Shown here: positions 26,941-36,424 of the stretch, in pieces | Numbering within the stretch: the first letter of the stretch is position 1 | Layout of the letters: each line of letters starts with the position of its first letter | Origin: an uncultured Candidatus Saccharibacteria bacterium | Lineage (GTDB): Bacteria; Patescibacteriota; Saccharimonadia; Saccharimonadales; Saccharimonadaceae | Assembly: GCA_947253285.1 (NCBI GenBank) | Contig: CAMXXV010000001.1 | Location: forward strand, 50,581-114,580 | Direction: 5' to 3' | Length of the DNA stretch: 64,000 bases | The notes under the pieces: model-generated | Databases searched by the model: none | The model's input: the letters and a program-made list of their open reading frames with translations, nothing else | What the model was told of the DNA's origin: nothing | Program-made: the position numbers and the translations under genes

Positions 26941-28674
26941 ATGAGTCGGTTGGGTCTAGAACAGCATGAAGATTATACGGTGTTTCGATTGTGGGCGCCG
27001 TTTGCTCGTGCTGTGTCGGTTGTGGGTGATTTTTCGAAGTGGCAGCCGATTGCTATGGAGGTCGACCGGACTACTGGCTATTGGTCGGTGCGGGTGGACG
27101 GCGTCGAACCGGGCCATGCATATAAATACCAGATAACTGGCTATGATGGCCAAGTGAAGTATCGTAACGACCCACGTGGGCGTGTTTTAACTGATAGTAA
27201 CGATGGCAAATCTGTAGTGTATGATAGTAGTTTTGACTGGCAGGGGTATGAAGTAGTAGTGCCGCAGCCAGCGGAACAACGGGTAATTTATGAGATTCAT
27301 ATCGGAACATTTAATCGTCCTGACCCGTCAACTACCGGTACTTTTGCGTCGGCAATTGAGCGCCTCGATTATTTGCAAGATTTAGGTGTAACTACACTGG
27401 AGTTAATGCCGGTGACCTCGATGGCGGAGAGCTTTGGCTGGGGTTACGCGCCGAGCGCAATTTATTCCGTAGAAAGCCAGTATGGCGGCGCATTTGGCAT
27501 GAAGACTTTTATCAAGGAGGCGCATAAGCGTGGGCTTGAAGTGATTCTTGATGTGGTTTACAACCATTTTTCAGCCGACAACGATTTATGGCAGTTTGAC
27601 GGTTGGAGCGAAAATGGCCGTGGTGGTATTTATTTTTATAACGACCAGCGCGGCGATACGCCGTGGGGTAGCCGGCCGGACTTTGGTCGTCCCGAAGTGC
27701 GAGAGTTTATCCTTGATAACGTGTCGATGTGGCTGAGTAATTATCACGTGGATGGGTTTAGGGTGGATAGTACGATCTATATGCGTAACACAGCTGGCAA
27801 CAACAATGACCCAGCACATGATATTCCAGAGGCGTGGAGCTTGTTGTCTGAAATTACGCGCGTGGCGCATAAAATTAAGCCAGGCTCCTTGGTGATTGCC
27901 GAGGATTGTGCTGGCAATAATGCCATTACGGCGTCGCAGCTAGCGGGTGGTGCAGGATTTGATGCGCAGTGGGATTTAGGCTTGCCGCATGTGTTGCGCG
28001 GTGCTCTTCATGTTGGGGGTGAAGCGCCTGGCCTAACTAACCTCTGTAATGTGCTGGGCCAAAGTTTTAATAATTGTTGGCAACAGCGTATTGTGTTTGC
28101 AGATAGTCACGATACGGCGGCCAATGGTGGGTCGCGAATGGTGGCGGTTGCGGTGAAGGATGTACATAGTATTAACGCGCGGCGGATTGCTATTTTGACT
28201 TCTGCTATTGCATTGACTGCGCCGGGCGTTCCAATGTTACTGGCCGGTTCGGAATTTTTGCAGGGTGGTGATTTTAATGATTGGAATTCATTAGATTGGG
28301 CTAATATTGACCAATTTGGTGGTATTGTGTCGGCGCATCGTGATTTAATTGCTTTGAGGCGCAATCAGCATCATCAGACCGGTGGATTGCAATCACCAGC
28401 GCTCCATATTTTGATGGCGGACGAAAATTGTCGGGTACTAATGTATCAGCGTGGTGATACTGGGCAACAACCAGTAATTGTGCTAGCAAACTTTAGCGGC
28501 TTAAAGTGGCATAACTACCAAATTAATTTGCCGGGCAGTACGTGGCAAGTGGTATTTAATTCGGCGTGGTCGGGTTACTCGGCTGATTTTGTGGGTGAGC
28601 CATTAAAGCAGATTAACAGTGGCGACAAAATCACGCTCGCTCCATATCAGGTGCTGTTACTTACTCAGGTGTAA
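26941..28674 (+). CDS. GH13 alpha-glucan enzyme (branching-enzyme/trehalohydrolase-like) with an N-terminal CBM48-like domain
   Basis: FRLWAP, IYEIH, LELMP, WGY, DVVYNH, DGFRVD, IAED, SHD. Confidence 0.9.
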   Translation: MSRLGLEQHEDYTVFRLWAPFARAVSVVGDFSKWQPIAMEVDRTTGYWSVRVDGVEPGHAYKYQITGYDGQVKYRNDPRGRVLTDSNDGKSVVYDSSFDWQGYEVVVPQPAEQRVIYEIHIGTFNRPDPSTTGTFASAIERLDYLQDLGVTTLELMPVTSMAESFGWGYAPSAIYSVESQYGGAFGMKTFIKEAHKRGLEVILDVVYNHFSADNDLWQFDGWSENGRGGIYFYNDQRGDTPWGSRPDFGRPEVREFILDNVSMWLSNYHVDGFRVDSTIYMRNTAGNNNDPAHDIPEAWSLLSEITRVAHKIKPGSLVIAEDCAGNNAITASQLAGGAGFDAQWDLGLPHVLRGALHVGGEAPGLTNLCNVLGQSFNNCWQQRIVFADSHDTAANGGSRMVAVAVKDVHSINARRIAILTSAIALTAPGVPMLLAGSEFLQGGDFNDWNSLDWANIDQFGGIVSAHRDLIALRRNQHHQTGGLQSPALHILMADENCRVLMYQRGDTGQQPVIVLANFSGLKWHNYQINLPGSTWQVVFNSAWSGYSADFVGEPLKQINSGDKITLAPYQVLLLTQV

Positions 28675-28691
28675 TTTGCTATAATCATAAT

Positions 28692-29645
28692 ATGAATCAA
28701 GATTACGACTTAGTGATTGTAGGTGGCGGCCCAGCGGCATTAACGGCGGCAATTTATGCGACGCGCGAGGGTATTAAGACCGTAGTGTTAGAACGCGCAC
28801 TAGTCGGCGGCGTGATGGCAACTATTGACCGAGTAGATAACTACCCGGGATTTAGCCAGGGAATTGAGGGTATGAGCTTAGCACAGGATTACCAGGACCA
28901 AGCGGAGCGCTTTGGCGCAGTAATTAAATTTGCTGAGGCAACAGCAGTAAAAAAGGTTGGTGAGTTAGTGCAAGTTTCAACGCGCGAGGGTGACATTTAC
29001 GAAGCAAAGGCGTGTTTAGTGGCTACGGGTGCGCAATATCGGCGTTTGGGCTTGCCACTGGAAGACAAATTAACTGGGCGTGGTGTGCATTATTGTGCGA
29101 CATGCGATGGTGCGTTATATAAGGGACGTGAGTTGATTGTGATTGGTGGTGCTAATTCAGCGGTTCAAGAGGCATTTTATTTAACTAAGTTTGCTAAACA
29201 TTTAACTATGGTGGTGCGGAGCTATATTAAGGCAAGTGCAATTCTAAAGGACGAGCTAGTACAATACATTAAAGACGGTAAAATTACGTTGTTGGAAGGC
29301 TGGACGCCAGATGAAATTAAACTGGACGAGCATCGCAATGTGGTTGGGCTGAGTACCTATAAGACCGATGATCCTGCCATGCAGCAAACCGTGACAGCGG
29401 ACGGCATCTTTATTTTTGCTGGTTCTACGCCGAATACTGGATTCTTGGCGGATTCGGGAGTTGAGCTTGATGAAGTTGGCTGCGTGAAGACGGATGCTCA
29501 GATGCAGACCAATATTGCTGGTGTATTTGCAGCTGGCGATGTGCGTGCTGGGTCGGTTAAGCAAATCGTGTCAGCTTCAGCCGAAGGCACGCAAGCGGTA
29601 TTTAAGATTCGACAGTATATTAAAGGCATTAGCAATGTCGCGTAA
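28692..29645 (+). CDS. trxB: Thioredoxin reductase
   Basis: GGGPA, NYPG, CATCDG, GVFAAGD. Confidence 0.95.
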   Translation: MNQDYDLVIVGGGPAALTAAIYATREGIKTVVLERALVGGVMATIDRVDNYPGFSQGIEGMSLAQDYQDQAERFGAVIKFAEATAVKKVGELVQVSTREGDIYEAKACLVATGAQYRRLGLPLEDKLTGRGVHYCATCDGALYKGRELIVIGGANSAVQEAFYLTKFAKHLTMVVRSYIKASAILKDELVQYIKDGKITLLEGWTPDEIKLDEHRNVVGLSTYKTDDPAMQQTVTADGIFIFAGSTPNTGFLADSGVELDEVGCVKTDAQMQTNIAGVFAAGDVRAGSVKQIVSASAEGTQAVFKIRQYIKGISNVA

Positions 29646-29829
29646 GCACAAGATTGTCATGCCTGCGCCTACGCAGCGTTCGTGCGGCAAAAATAAATAT
29701 AATTCAGAGCGTGAGGCTGAAGATGTGGCGCGTGCCCAAGAATTAAATGATTTAACTGGCCAGCTGCGACTTCGCGTTTACCACTGTATGTTCTGTGGCG
29801 GATGGCATTTGACGAAGCATTTATATTAA
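29635..29829 (+). CDS. Small zinc-finger protein
   Basis: CGK...YHCMFCGGWHLT motif; overlaps the trxB end. Confidence 0.6.
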   Translation: MSRKHKIVMPAPTQRSCGKNKYNSEREAEDVARAQELNDLTGQLRLRVYHCMFCGGWHLTKHLY

Positions 29830-29896
29830 CAATTATAAACTTAAGTGTTATAATATGGTTTAGAACGTAATTATGTACGTAGACCAAAGGAGAACT

Positions 29897-30166
29897 ATGA
29901 ATCAGGACGGTAAAACCCCAGTTATTATTTACAGCACTAATTGGTGTGCGTATTGCAAAATGGCGCAACAATACTTAACTAGCTTGCATGTGCCATTTGA
30001 AGATAAGAACATCGAGGAAGACCCGGCGGCGCAGGACGAGCTAATGAAAAAGATTGGCGGTAATTTCCGCGGCGTGCCAGTGATTGATATTAATGGCAAA
30101 ATTATTCTAGGCTTTGACCGTGCCAATATTGATGAGCAGCTGCGTGACGGCGGTTATATCAAGTAG
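29897..30166 (+). CDS. Glutaredoxin/NrdH-like redoxin
   Basis: WCAYC, GVPVI, GFD; AAGGAG SD. Confidence 0.9.
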   Translation: MNQDGKTPVIIYSTNWCAYCKMAQQYLTSLHVPFEDKNIEEDPAAQDELMKKIGGNFRGVPVIDINGKIILGFDRANIDEQLRDGGYIK

Positions 30167-30183
30167 CTAGTTATTATTAGTTT

Positions 30184-30210
30184 AAAATAGCCACTCGCGG
30201 AGTGGCTATT
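30184..30210. terminator. Bidirectional terminator
   Basis: AATAGCCACTC-gcg-GAGTGGCTATT between convergent genes. Confidence 0.65.
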
Positions 30211-31483
30211 GGCGTTTAAGGGCTTGGCGGTAAACTTCGACCACTTTTTCGGTTTGCTTGGTTTCGGTTAGCTCGGCGGCGAGCTGCTTGGAGCAATTGC
30301 TGAAGTTACGATAGCGCACAGGGTGCTGCAATAAATCGACGACTTTATTGGCAAAATCGGCGGCGTCATTCTGTGCGGTATAGCCGTTTTTGTGGTCAAT
30401 GAAACAAGCGGGCGCTAGCGGGTCGCATAAAACAATTGGTAATCCACCATACGCTGCCTCTGTTACTGCTAGCCCTTGAGTGTCAGTAAGTGACGGAAAG
30501 AGGTATATCTTGCTGATGGCGGTTAGAATACCGACATCGCGATGCGGGTAACGCCCGACAAAGTAGATGTGGTCGTGTGCTGGACTTGCGGCTGCCAGCT
30601 CTTCGAGATGAGTGCGATATTCCCAGTCGCCGGCAAAGATTAAGTTGGCATCTGGCACTGACTGGCAGACGCGTTCAATTACTGGAATCAGCAGGTCAAG
30701 ATTTTTCTCTTGTCCTAGTCGGCCAAAATAGATTAAGTTATTGGCATGTCGGTCAATGTGGTGTGTGGCACAGAAAGCGTCGATTTCAGCCTCATCTGGG
30801 ACTCGTGGTTGATTGACGCCGGTTGGAATAGTGGTGAGATTAATACTGCAGTTATTGGTGGCCGCAATTTCGCGGAGTTGGTTGGCTGATTTTTCACTAA
30901 CTGCAATTACTTCATCGCAAGCTTGGTACCAGAGAGCTAGCATGTTGCCTACCAGTCTTCGTCCCCACGAATCTTCGCTCCTATGGTCGGCGATATTGCG
31001 AACGAAGTCAATACGCTGTTCGCGTGACATGTTGACCGCAAGTGGCATCAGTGTGGCCATTGCAGCATAGCCAACTTTCAACAAACGGTAGCTGTCGGAA
31101 TATTCGTAAGTATCAGTGCAGTGCTGACCAATCAGAACTGCACCAGTTTTACGTGCGGCGTAACAGCAAAACATGGCCATTTGGCCGGCGGTAAAGAAGT
31201 GAAGGACGTCGATTTTGAGTTCTTGCACTTTAGAAAGTAAATGTGGCGAGTAAAATAGCGGTAGTTGGCCCTCTTTAAAGCCGGCCCCGCGGATAGTTGG
31301 GAAGTGAATTAGATGGTCGTCTTCGGCATCTACCTCTGATACTTCATTTAAGAGGTTGGCGCTCGGTGCAAATACCCAGACCTCGTGTCCCATCTTCTCG
31401 AGCTCACGACGCGTTACATCTACTACCAAAACAACGCCGTTTTGAGCGGGTCGATAGGTATCGGTAAATAAACCAATGCGCAT
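30206..31483 (-). CDS. GT4 glycosyltransferase (diacylglycerol glucosyltransferase-like)
   Basis: MRIGLFTDTYRP..NGV, GRL..EKN, PSLTDTQGL..EA. Confidence 0.88.
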   Translation of the reverse strand: MRIGLFTDTYRPAQNGVVLVVDVTRRELEKMGHEVWVFAPSANLLNEVSEVDAEDDHLIHFPTIRGAGFKEGQLPLFYSPHLLSKVQELKIDVLHFFTAGQMAMFCCYAARKTGAVLIGQHCTDTYEYSDSYRLLKVGYAAMATLMPLAVNMSREQRIDFVRNIADHRSEDSWGRRLVGNMLALWYQACDEVIAVSEKSANQLREIAATNNCSINLTTIPTGVNQPRVPDEAEIDAFCATHHIDRHANNLIYFGRLGQEKNLDLLIPVIERVCQSVPDANLIFAGDWEYRTHLEELAAASPAHDHIYFVGRYPHRDVGILTAISKIYLFPSLTDTQGLAVTEAAYGGLPIVLCDPLAPACFIDHKNGYTAQNDAADFANKVVDLLQHPVRYRNFSNCSKQLAAELTETKQTEKVVEVYRQALKRQ

Positions 31484-31505
31484 ACTGTGTGATTATTATA
31501 CCACA

Positions 31506-32522
31506 TTAATGCGCTAGCTTACGATAAACTGCTAATAGTTTACTCGCAGTGCGGTTAGAGTCATATTTTTGTGCTAGATGGTGTGATTTTTGTTGGTATT
31601 TGTGGTAAAAATCTGGGTCATCGGCGAGCGATTGAATTAATTCAGTAAAATTATGTTCATCGCCACGTAAGACGTCTTGTCCGAAAGTGGCATTGTAGTC
31701 GGCGATATCGCGTACTACTACCGGCAAACCACTGGCGGCGCCTTCGACAATGGATAGCCCAAAGGTCTCTTGGATTGATGGCATAAACATTATGTCGGCG
31801 GCGCGGGTATACTTACGTGCCTCAGCTTGTGGTACGACTCCAGTTACTAAGACGTTTTTGGGGTGGTGCTTGATAAGATGATTAAGTCCTAGATAATCTG
31901 AACCAGCAGCTTTAAATGGAATACCACCGACCCAGATGAACTGAAATTTTGGTAGTGTTGTAGCAACCTGAAGAAACGTGCTGAATCGTTTGCGCGGCTG
32001 AATTTGACCGCTACCAATGACAATAAATTTACTAGGCGACAAGTGAAGCTCACGTCGCAGTTTAGCTTTTTGTTCGGCTGATGTTTGATAGGCGGAGGTG
32101 TCGATAGAATTATCAATCACGACAATTGGCGCTTTAATGCCTAGCTTTAATAGAACCTGCTTGGTATAAGGTGAAACCGCGATAAGCGTATCGGCGTGGT
32201 TGTAGAACCAGCAGAGATAACGACTAAAGAGTGGCAGCCACCACCGAGCGCCAACGATTGAACCAACCAGACTATCTGGTACCATGTGAGCGCTGACAAT
32301 TTTTTTGCCACCGTGCCGCGATAATAAACGCCGTAATGAAAATAGACCGATGGTATGAATGTGAGTAATATCTGTGTCGGCTAGCGGCTTGGCGTTGACC
32401 AATAGATTGATTCCAGATTGTTTTTCTAATAAATGTCGCATCTCAAGATATGCGGTGTGGACGCCATGCCCTTGCACACTAAATTCGCTTTCAGAAACTA
32501 AGTTGACAGTTAAGCGTTGCAT
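31506..32522 (-). CDS. GT4 glycosyltransferase (second-step glycolipid synthase-like)
   Basis: QGHGVHTAYLE, GQIQPRK, PS.QETFG...EG. Confidence 0.88.
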   Translation of the reverse strand: MQRLTVNLVSESEFSVQGHGVHTAYLEMRHLLEKQSGINLLVNAKPLADTDITHIHTIGLFSLRRLLSRHGGKKIVSAHMVPDSLVGSIVGARWWLPLFSRYLCWFYNHADTLIAVSPYTKQVLLKLGIKAPIVVIDNSIDTSAYQTSAEQKAKLRRELHLSPSKFIVIGSGQIQPRKRFSTFLQVATTLPKFQFIWVGGIPFKAAGSDYLGLNHLIKHHPKNVLVTGVVPQAEARKYTRAADIMFMPSIQETFGLSIVEGAASGLPVVVRDIADYNATFGQDVLRGDEHNFTELIQSLADDPDFYHKYQQKSHHLAQKYDSNRTASKLLAVYRKLAH

Positions 32523-32582
32523 TATTAAAAGTATATCATAAATGTTTATGTATTGTGCTAAGTAGGAAAATCAAAAATATTC

Positions 32583-32637
32583 AAAAAGACGATTTAGTGA
32601 CTGTGGAATATACATTTCACAATTCTAAATCGTTTAT
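32583..32637 (-). ncRNA. Hairpin sRNA family, copy 1 (no own promoter; diverged)
   Basis: AUAAACGAUUUAG-AAUUGUGAAAU-GUAU-AUUCCACAGUC-A-CUAAAUCGUCUUUUU; colinear with copy 3. Confidence 0.6.
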
Positions 32638-32649
32638 AATATATAATAT

Positions 32650-32708
32650 AAAAAACAGGTGATTTGACACCGTCGCCTTTACCAGGCCGCGACCCCAAAT
32701 CACCTTAT
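32650..32708 (-). ncRNA. Hairpin sRNA family, copy 2
   Basis: AUAAGGUGAUUUGG...UCAAAUCACCUGUUUUUU; promoter TTGACT (32743-38)-17-TAAAAT (32720-15). Confidence 0.72.
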
Positions 32709-32781
32709 ATATGTATTTTATTAAAGAGTACGGCATTAGTCAATATTTATACGGTAATTAGCGAAATAAGGAGCATGCACT

Positions 32782-33075
32782 ATGCGAAAAAGTAACGACG
32801 AACAGTTATATCAAGGTAAATATGAATTTTACAAAGAAAACCCACATGACAAAATTTATTGGGTTAGCGTGTATGACAGAGAGGGTGAATTCTTAGTTTC
32901 ATTTGACCGTAAAACAGTCTTTAACATTTTTGGTGATTACCCATGGAAGTTTACACCAGAACAAAAGGCGTTGTTTGATAAAGAAAACCCGTATTGGGCA
33001 AGCTTTTTTCGAGATCGTAATGATATTAAACCATTAACTAGTGATGAAGATACAACGGCTACGTTAAATGGTTAA
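32782..33075 (+). CDS. Small uncharacterised protein, paralogue 1 (resembles the family I recall as DUF7675; needs HMM confirmation)
   Basis: AAGGAG SD; IYWV..GEFLVSFDR..FNIFGDYPWKFTPEQKALFDKENPYWA shared with 63365..63703. Confidence 0.8.
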   Translation: MRKSNDEQLYQGKYEFYKENPHDKIYWVSVYDREGEFLVSFDRKTVFNIFGDYPWKFTPEQKALFDKENPYWASFFRDRNDIKPLTSDEDTTATLNG

Positions 33076-33165
33076 TTGTATAAATTTAGTTTAAAAACCT
33101 AGGTTGTAGTGAGTTTATTTGGTAAACACTGGCACGTTATGCGCAAGTATCCTATAATATAAGAT

Positions 33166-33672
33166 ATGGGAAAATCAGTGACGCGGCGTGGACATAAGCA
33201 GAATAAAGCGTCTACCGGAGTAATAATTAACCGACGCGCTAGCTACGATTATAGTTTGTCGGATAGTTTGACGGTTGGCTTGTCGCTGACTGGGCTTGAA
33301 GTAAAAGCGGCGCGATTAAATCGAGTTAGTTTGAAGGGGGCTTATGTGGTGCCAAAGCGCGGGCCGCGCGGTGATGAATTGTATTTAATCAATGCTTCTT
33401 TTACGTTGCAAAATAATGCGCCACGCGGTAGCGGTCAACCAGCTACTACGGTAAGTACGGATGCCATTAAGGTACTTGCTCAGCGTAAGGAAATTGCGCG
33501 GATTGTTGAGGCGCGCAGTAAAGGCTTGACGGTAGTGCCAACTAAATTGTTGACACATGCGCGGTATATTAAATTAGTAATTATGCTTGGCAAAGGTAAG
33601 AAACAATATGATAAGCGTCAAGCTATCAAGCAGCGTGATACGTTGCGTGAGCTAAAGCGAGGCGTACGCTGA
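33166..33672 (+). CDS. smpB: SsrA-binding protein
   Basis: NRRASYDY, GLSLTGLEVK, GKGKKQYDKRQAIK. Confidence 0.93.
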   Translation: MGKSVTRRGHKQNKASTGVIINRRASYDYSLSDSLTVGLSLTGLEVKAARLNRVSLKGAYVVPKRGPRGDELYLINASFTLQNNAPRGSGQPATTVSTDAIKVLAQRKEIARIVEARSKGLTVVPTKLLTHARYIKLVIMLGKGKKQYDKRQAIKQRDTLRELKRGVR

Positions 33673-34475
33673 TGTTGCTAGCTTCGTGGAATGTTAATGG
33701 CCTGAGGGCGGTACTAAATAAAGGTGGTTTGCAAGAGTTTTTGGCTAAGGTGCAGCCGGATGTAATGGGGCTGCAGGAGATAAAGTGCAAGCCAGAGCAA
33801 ATCAAGGCTGATTTTGGTGATTACAGCATTATTTATAATAGTGCCACTAAAGCTGGGTATAGTGGTACAGCGCTATTAGTGCGCCGAGGCGTGGCGGATG
33901 ATGCCGCAGTTACTTACAACTTGCCGGATGATATTGCGCAGCAGTATTTGGCAGCTGATGCGTATGGCGACCCCAATCGGGAAGGGCGTGTAATTACGAT
34001 TGATTTGGGTGACTATTATTTGGTGACGGTTTATACACCGAACGCCAAGGGCGATTTGAGCCGGCTTCGTCTACGCGAACAACAATGGGATAAAGCATTT
34101 TTAGCTTACATGGCACAGTTAAAGCAAACTAAGCCAGTGGTGTTTTGCGGCGATTTGAATGTTGCGGCTGAAGAAATCGATTTGGCGCACCCGAAGCAAA
34201 ATCGGGGCAAGGCTGGCTTTACTGACGAAGAGCGCGATGGCTGGCATCGGTATGCTGCACAAGGATTTGTGGATAGCTTCCGCGCAGTACACGGTGATTT
34301 GCCGGAGCAATACACTTGGTGGTCACATTGGGCGCATGCGCGCGAAAATAACGTTGGTTGGCGGATTGACTACTTTATGGTGGACGAGAGGCTGAAGGAG
34401 CAAATTATTGATGCGCGGATTTATGCGGAGCAGATGGGCTCAGACCACTGTCCGATTAGTGTGAGGTTACAATAA
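33672..34475 (+). CDS. xth: Exodeoxyribonuclease III
   Basis: SWNVNG, LQEIK, GYSG, CGDLN, YTWW, WRIDY, SDHCP. Confidence 0.95.
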   Translation: MLLASWNVNGLRAVLNKGGLQEFLAKVQPDVMGLQEIKCKPEQIKADFGDYSIIYNSATKAGYSGTALLVRRGVADDAAVTYNLPDDIAQQYLAADAYGDPNREGRVITIDLGDYYLVTVYTPNAKGDLSRLRLREQQWDKAFLAYMAQLKQTKPVVFCGDLNVAAEEIDLAHPKQNRGKAGFTDEERDGWHRYAAQGFVDSFRAVHGDLPEQYTWWSHWAHARENNVGWRIDYFMVDERLKEQIIDARIYAEQMGSDHCPISVRLQ

Positions 34476-35275
34476 TGGAAGATTATTGGCAGCGTCAAGC
34501 AGTGGGAAAGCCGATTTTTACTGATGCGCTGTGGAGCCGCCCTGAGCGGCGTGATCAGTCTGGCAGTTTGACGATTGTAGGTGGGTCGGCACATGGTTTT
34601 GCTGCGGTAGCTAATAGTTACGAGACGGCATTGAAGGCGAAGGTGGGCCAGATTCGGGTAATTATGCCGGATGTCTTAAAGAATAAACTGCCGAGTATGG
34701 TGTCGGCGCGAATCGACGATTTGATTTTTGCGCCATCGAATCCATCGGGCGGTTTGGCAAAAAAGGCGAGTGGAATTATTGACGCCGCTTGTGAGTGGTC
34801 GGGCAATTTATTGATTATTGGTGATTTGGGTGGTAATGCCGAGACTGCTAGTTTACTAGTTGAAACGATGGCTAATTATCCAACGGCACACATTACAATC
34901 ACGCGTGATGCGGTCGATTTACTAGTAAATGAGGCGGAATCGGTGCTAAATCACGAGAATGTTACTTTGGTATTGGGGATTGCGCAGCTACAGAAGCTGG
35001 CGCGCGCAGTGTATTATCCGCGTATGGTGACGTTATCGCTGGGCGCGAAGCCGACAGCGGACTTACTGCATAAATTTACTACCACGTATCCCGCTGCGAT
35101 AGTGTTATTTAATGATGATCATTTGTTTGTGGCGCAACATGGGCAGGTGGTTAGTCAGGACTTCGCGCAGCCGCTCAAAGTATGGAGTGGTATAGTAGCG
35201 ACTAATGTAGCGGCGTGGCGCATTTGGTGCAAAGATATTGTGCCAGCAGCCGCGACTAGCTGGTCGGAACTATAG
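34475..35275 (+). CDS. Divergent NAD(P)H-hydrate dehydratase (YjeF-C)-like protein
   Basis: G.L.IVGGS N-terminal motif; canonical TPH and GxGD motifs not evident. Confidence 0.55.
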   Translation: MEDYWQRQAVGKPIFTDALWSRPERRDQSGSLTIVGGSAHGFAAVANSYETALKAKVGQIRVIMPDVLKNKLPSMVSARIDDLIFAPSNPSGGLAKKASGIIDAACEWSGNLLIIGDLGGNAETASLLVETMANYPTAHITITRDAVDLLVNEAESVLNHENVTLVLGIAQLQKLARAVYYPRMVTLSLGAKPTADLLHKFTTTYPAAIVLFNDDHLFVAQHGQVVSQDFAQPLKVWSGIVATNVAAWRIWCKDIVPAAATSWSEL

Positions 35276-35299
35276 TTTAGCTTGTGCTAAACTAATAGT

Positions 35300-36364
35300 A
35301 TGAATATAGAGTATATTATTACTGCGTTATTAGTGGTCGTGACTGGTTTATTAGTAATGTGTCTAATTAAATTGCAGCGTAAGCAGCCAAGTGATGCTGA
35401 GCGCTATCTACAAGCTGATATTTTAAATTTGCGCAGCGAAGTGTCGAGCTTATCGACGAATTTATCAAAGACGTTCGACGACAAGTTAAATCGTACACAA
35501 GATTCAATGCAGGAACAGCTGCGTCAAAGTGTGGCGATCGTGAACGATGTGAGCCGCCGTTTAACGAAGTTGGATGAGACTAATAAGCGAGTGGTGGATG
35601 TGGCAGATGAGTTAAAGACGCTGCAAAATGTATTGCAAAATCCAAAGCAGCGTGGTGTGTTTGGTGAATTCTATCTCAATTCACTGCTAGAGAATGTATT
35701 ACCGCCAAATCAGTGGCAGGCGCAGTATAAATTTAAAAATGGCGAGATTGTCGATGCAGTGATATTTTTGGACAAGCGGCGTATCTTGCCGGTTGATTCA
35801 AAATTCTCGCTCGAAAATTATAATCGTTATATTGAGGCGACCGATAAAGACCAGCGTGAGCAGCTACTTCGGCGAGTTAAACAAGATATCAAGGGGCGAA
35901 TTGATGAGACAGCGAAGTATATTCGGCCAGATGAAGGCACAATGGATTTTGCCTTCATGTTCATTCCGAGCGAAAGCATGTATTACGACCTCTTAAAAGA
36001 CCGTGTGGGCGATGGCGCATCGTCGCGCGACTTGATTGAGTACGCCTTCCGTGACCGTCATGTGATTATTGTTAGCCCAACGAGCTTTATGGCATATCTT
36101 GAAACCGTAATTCAAGGTTTACGTAGTTTGCAGATTGAAGAGCAGGCGAAGGAAATTCAGAAGCGTGTGGCGCAGCTTGGTATGCACATTGAACGTTACA
36201 ATGAATATATGTCAAAGTTGGGTGTAAGCCTTGGTACCACGGTGAACCACTACAATAACGCTTATAAAGAATTTGCTAAGGTTGATAAGGATATTATCAA
36301 GATTGCAGATAAAGCAGATGACCCAGTTGAACCACTTACGGTTGACCGTCCAAGTAATCAGTAA
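35300..36364 (+). CDS. rmuC: DNA recombination protein RmuC
   Basis: N-terminal TM, coiled coil, KQRGVFGE, VDSKF, FAFMFIPSE, VSPT. Confidence 0.93.
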   Translation: MNIEYIITALLVVVTGLLVMCLIKLQRKQPSDAERYLQADILNLRSEVSSLSTNLSKTFDDKLNRTQDSMQEQLRQSVAIVNDVSRRLTKLDETNKRVVDVADELKTLQNVLQNPKQRGVFGEFYLNSLLENVLPPNQWQAQYKFKNGEIVDAVIFLDKRRILPVDSKFSLENYNRYIEATDKDQREQLLRRVKQDIKGRIDETAKYIRPDEGTMDFAFMFIPSESMYYDLLKDRVGDGASSRDLIEYAFRDRHVIIVSPTSFMAYLETVIQGLRSLQIEEQAKEIQKRVAQLGMHIERYNEYMSKLGVSLGTTVNHYNNAYKEFAKVDKDIIKIADKADDPVEPLTVDRPSNQ

Positions 36365-36383
36365 TCGAATATAAATAGTAAAC

Positions 36384-36408
36384 AAAAATCCCCTCATGCG
36401 AGGGGATT
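36384..36408. terminator. Bidirectional terminator
   Basis: AATCCCCTC-atgc-GAGGGGATT between rmuC and the MIP gene. Confidence 0.65.
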
Positions 36409-36424
36409 AATTTATTAGCTTAGA

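Noticed and set aside
26090..28674. Genomic island at tRNA-Gln
   Set aside because: No integrase and no duplicated tRNA 3' end seen; flanking genes look native.
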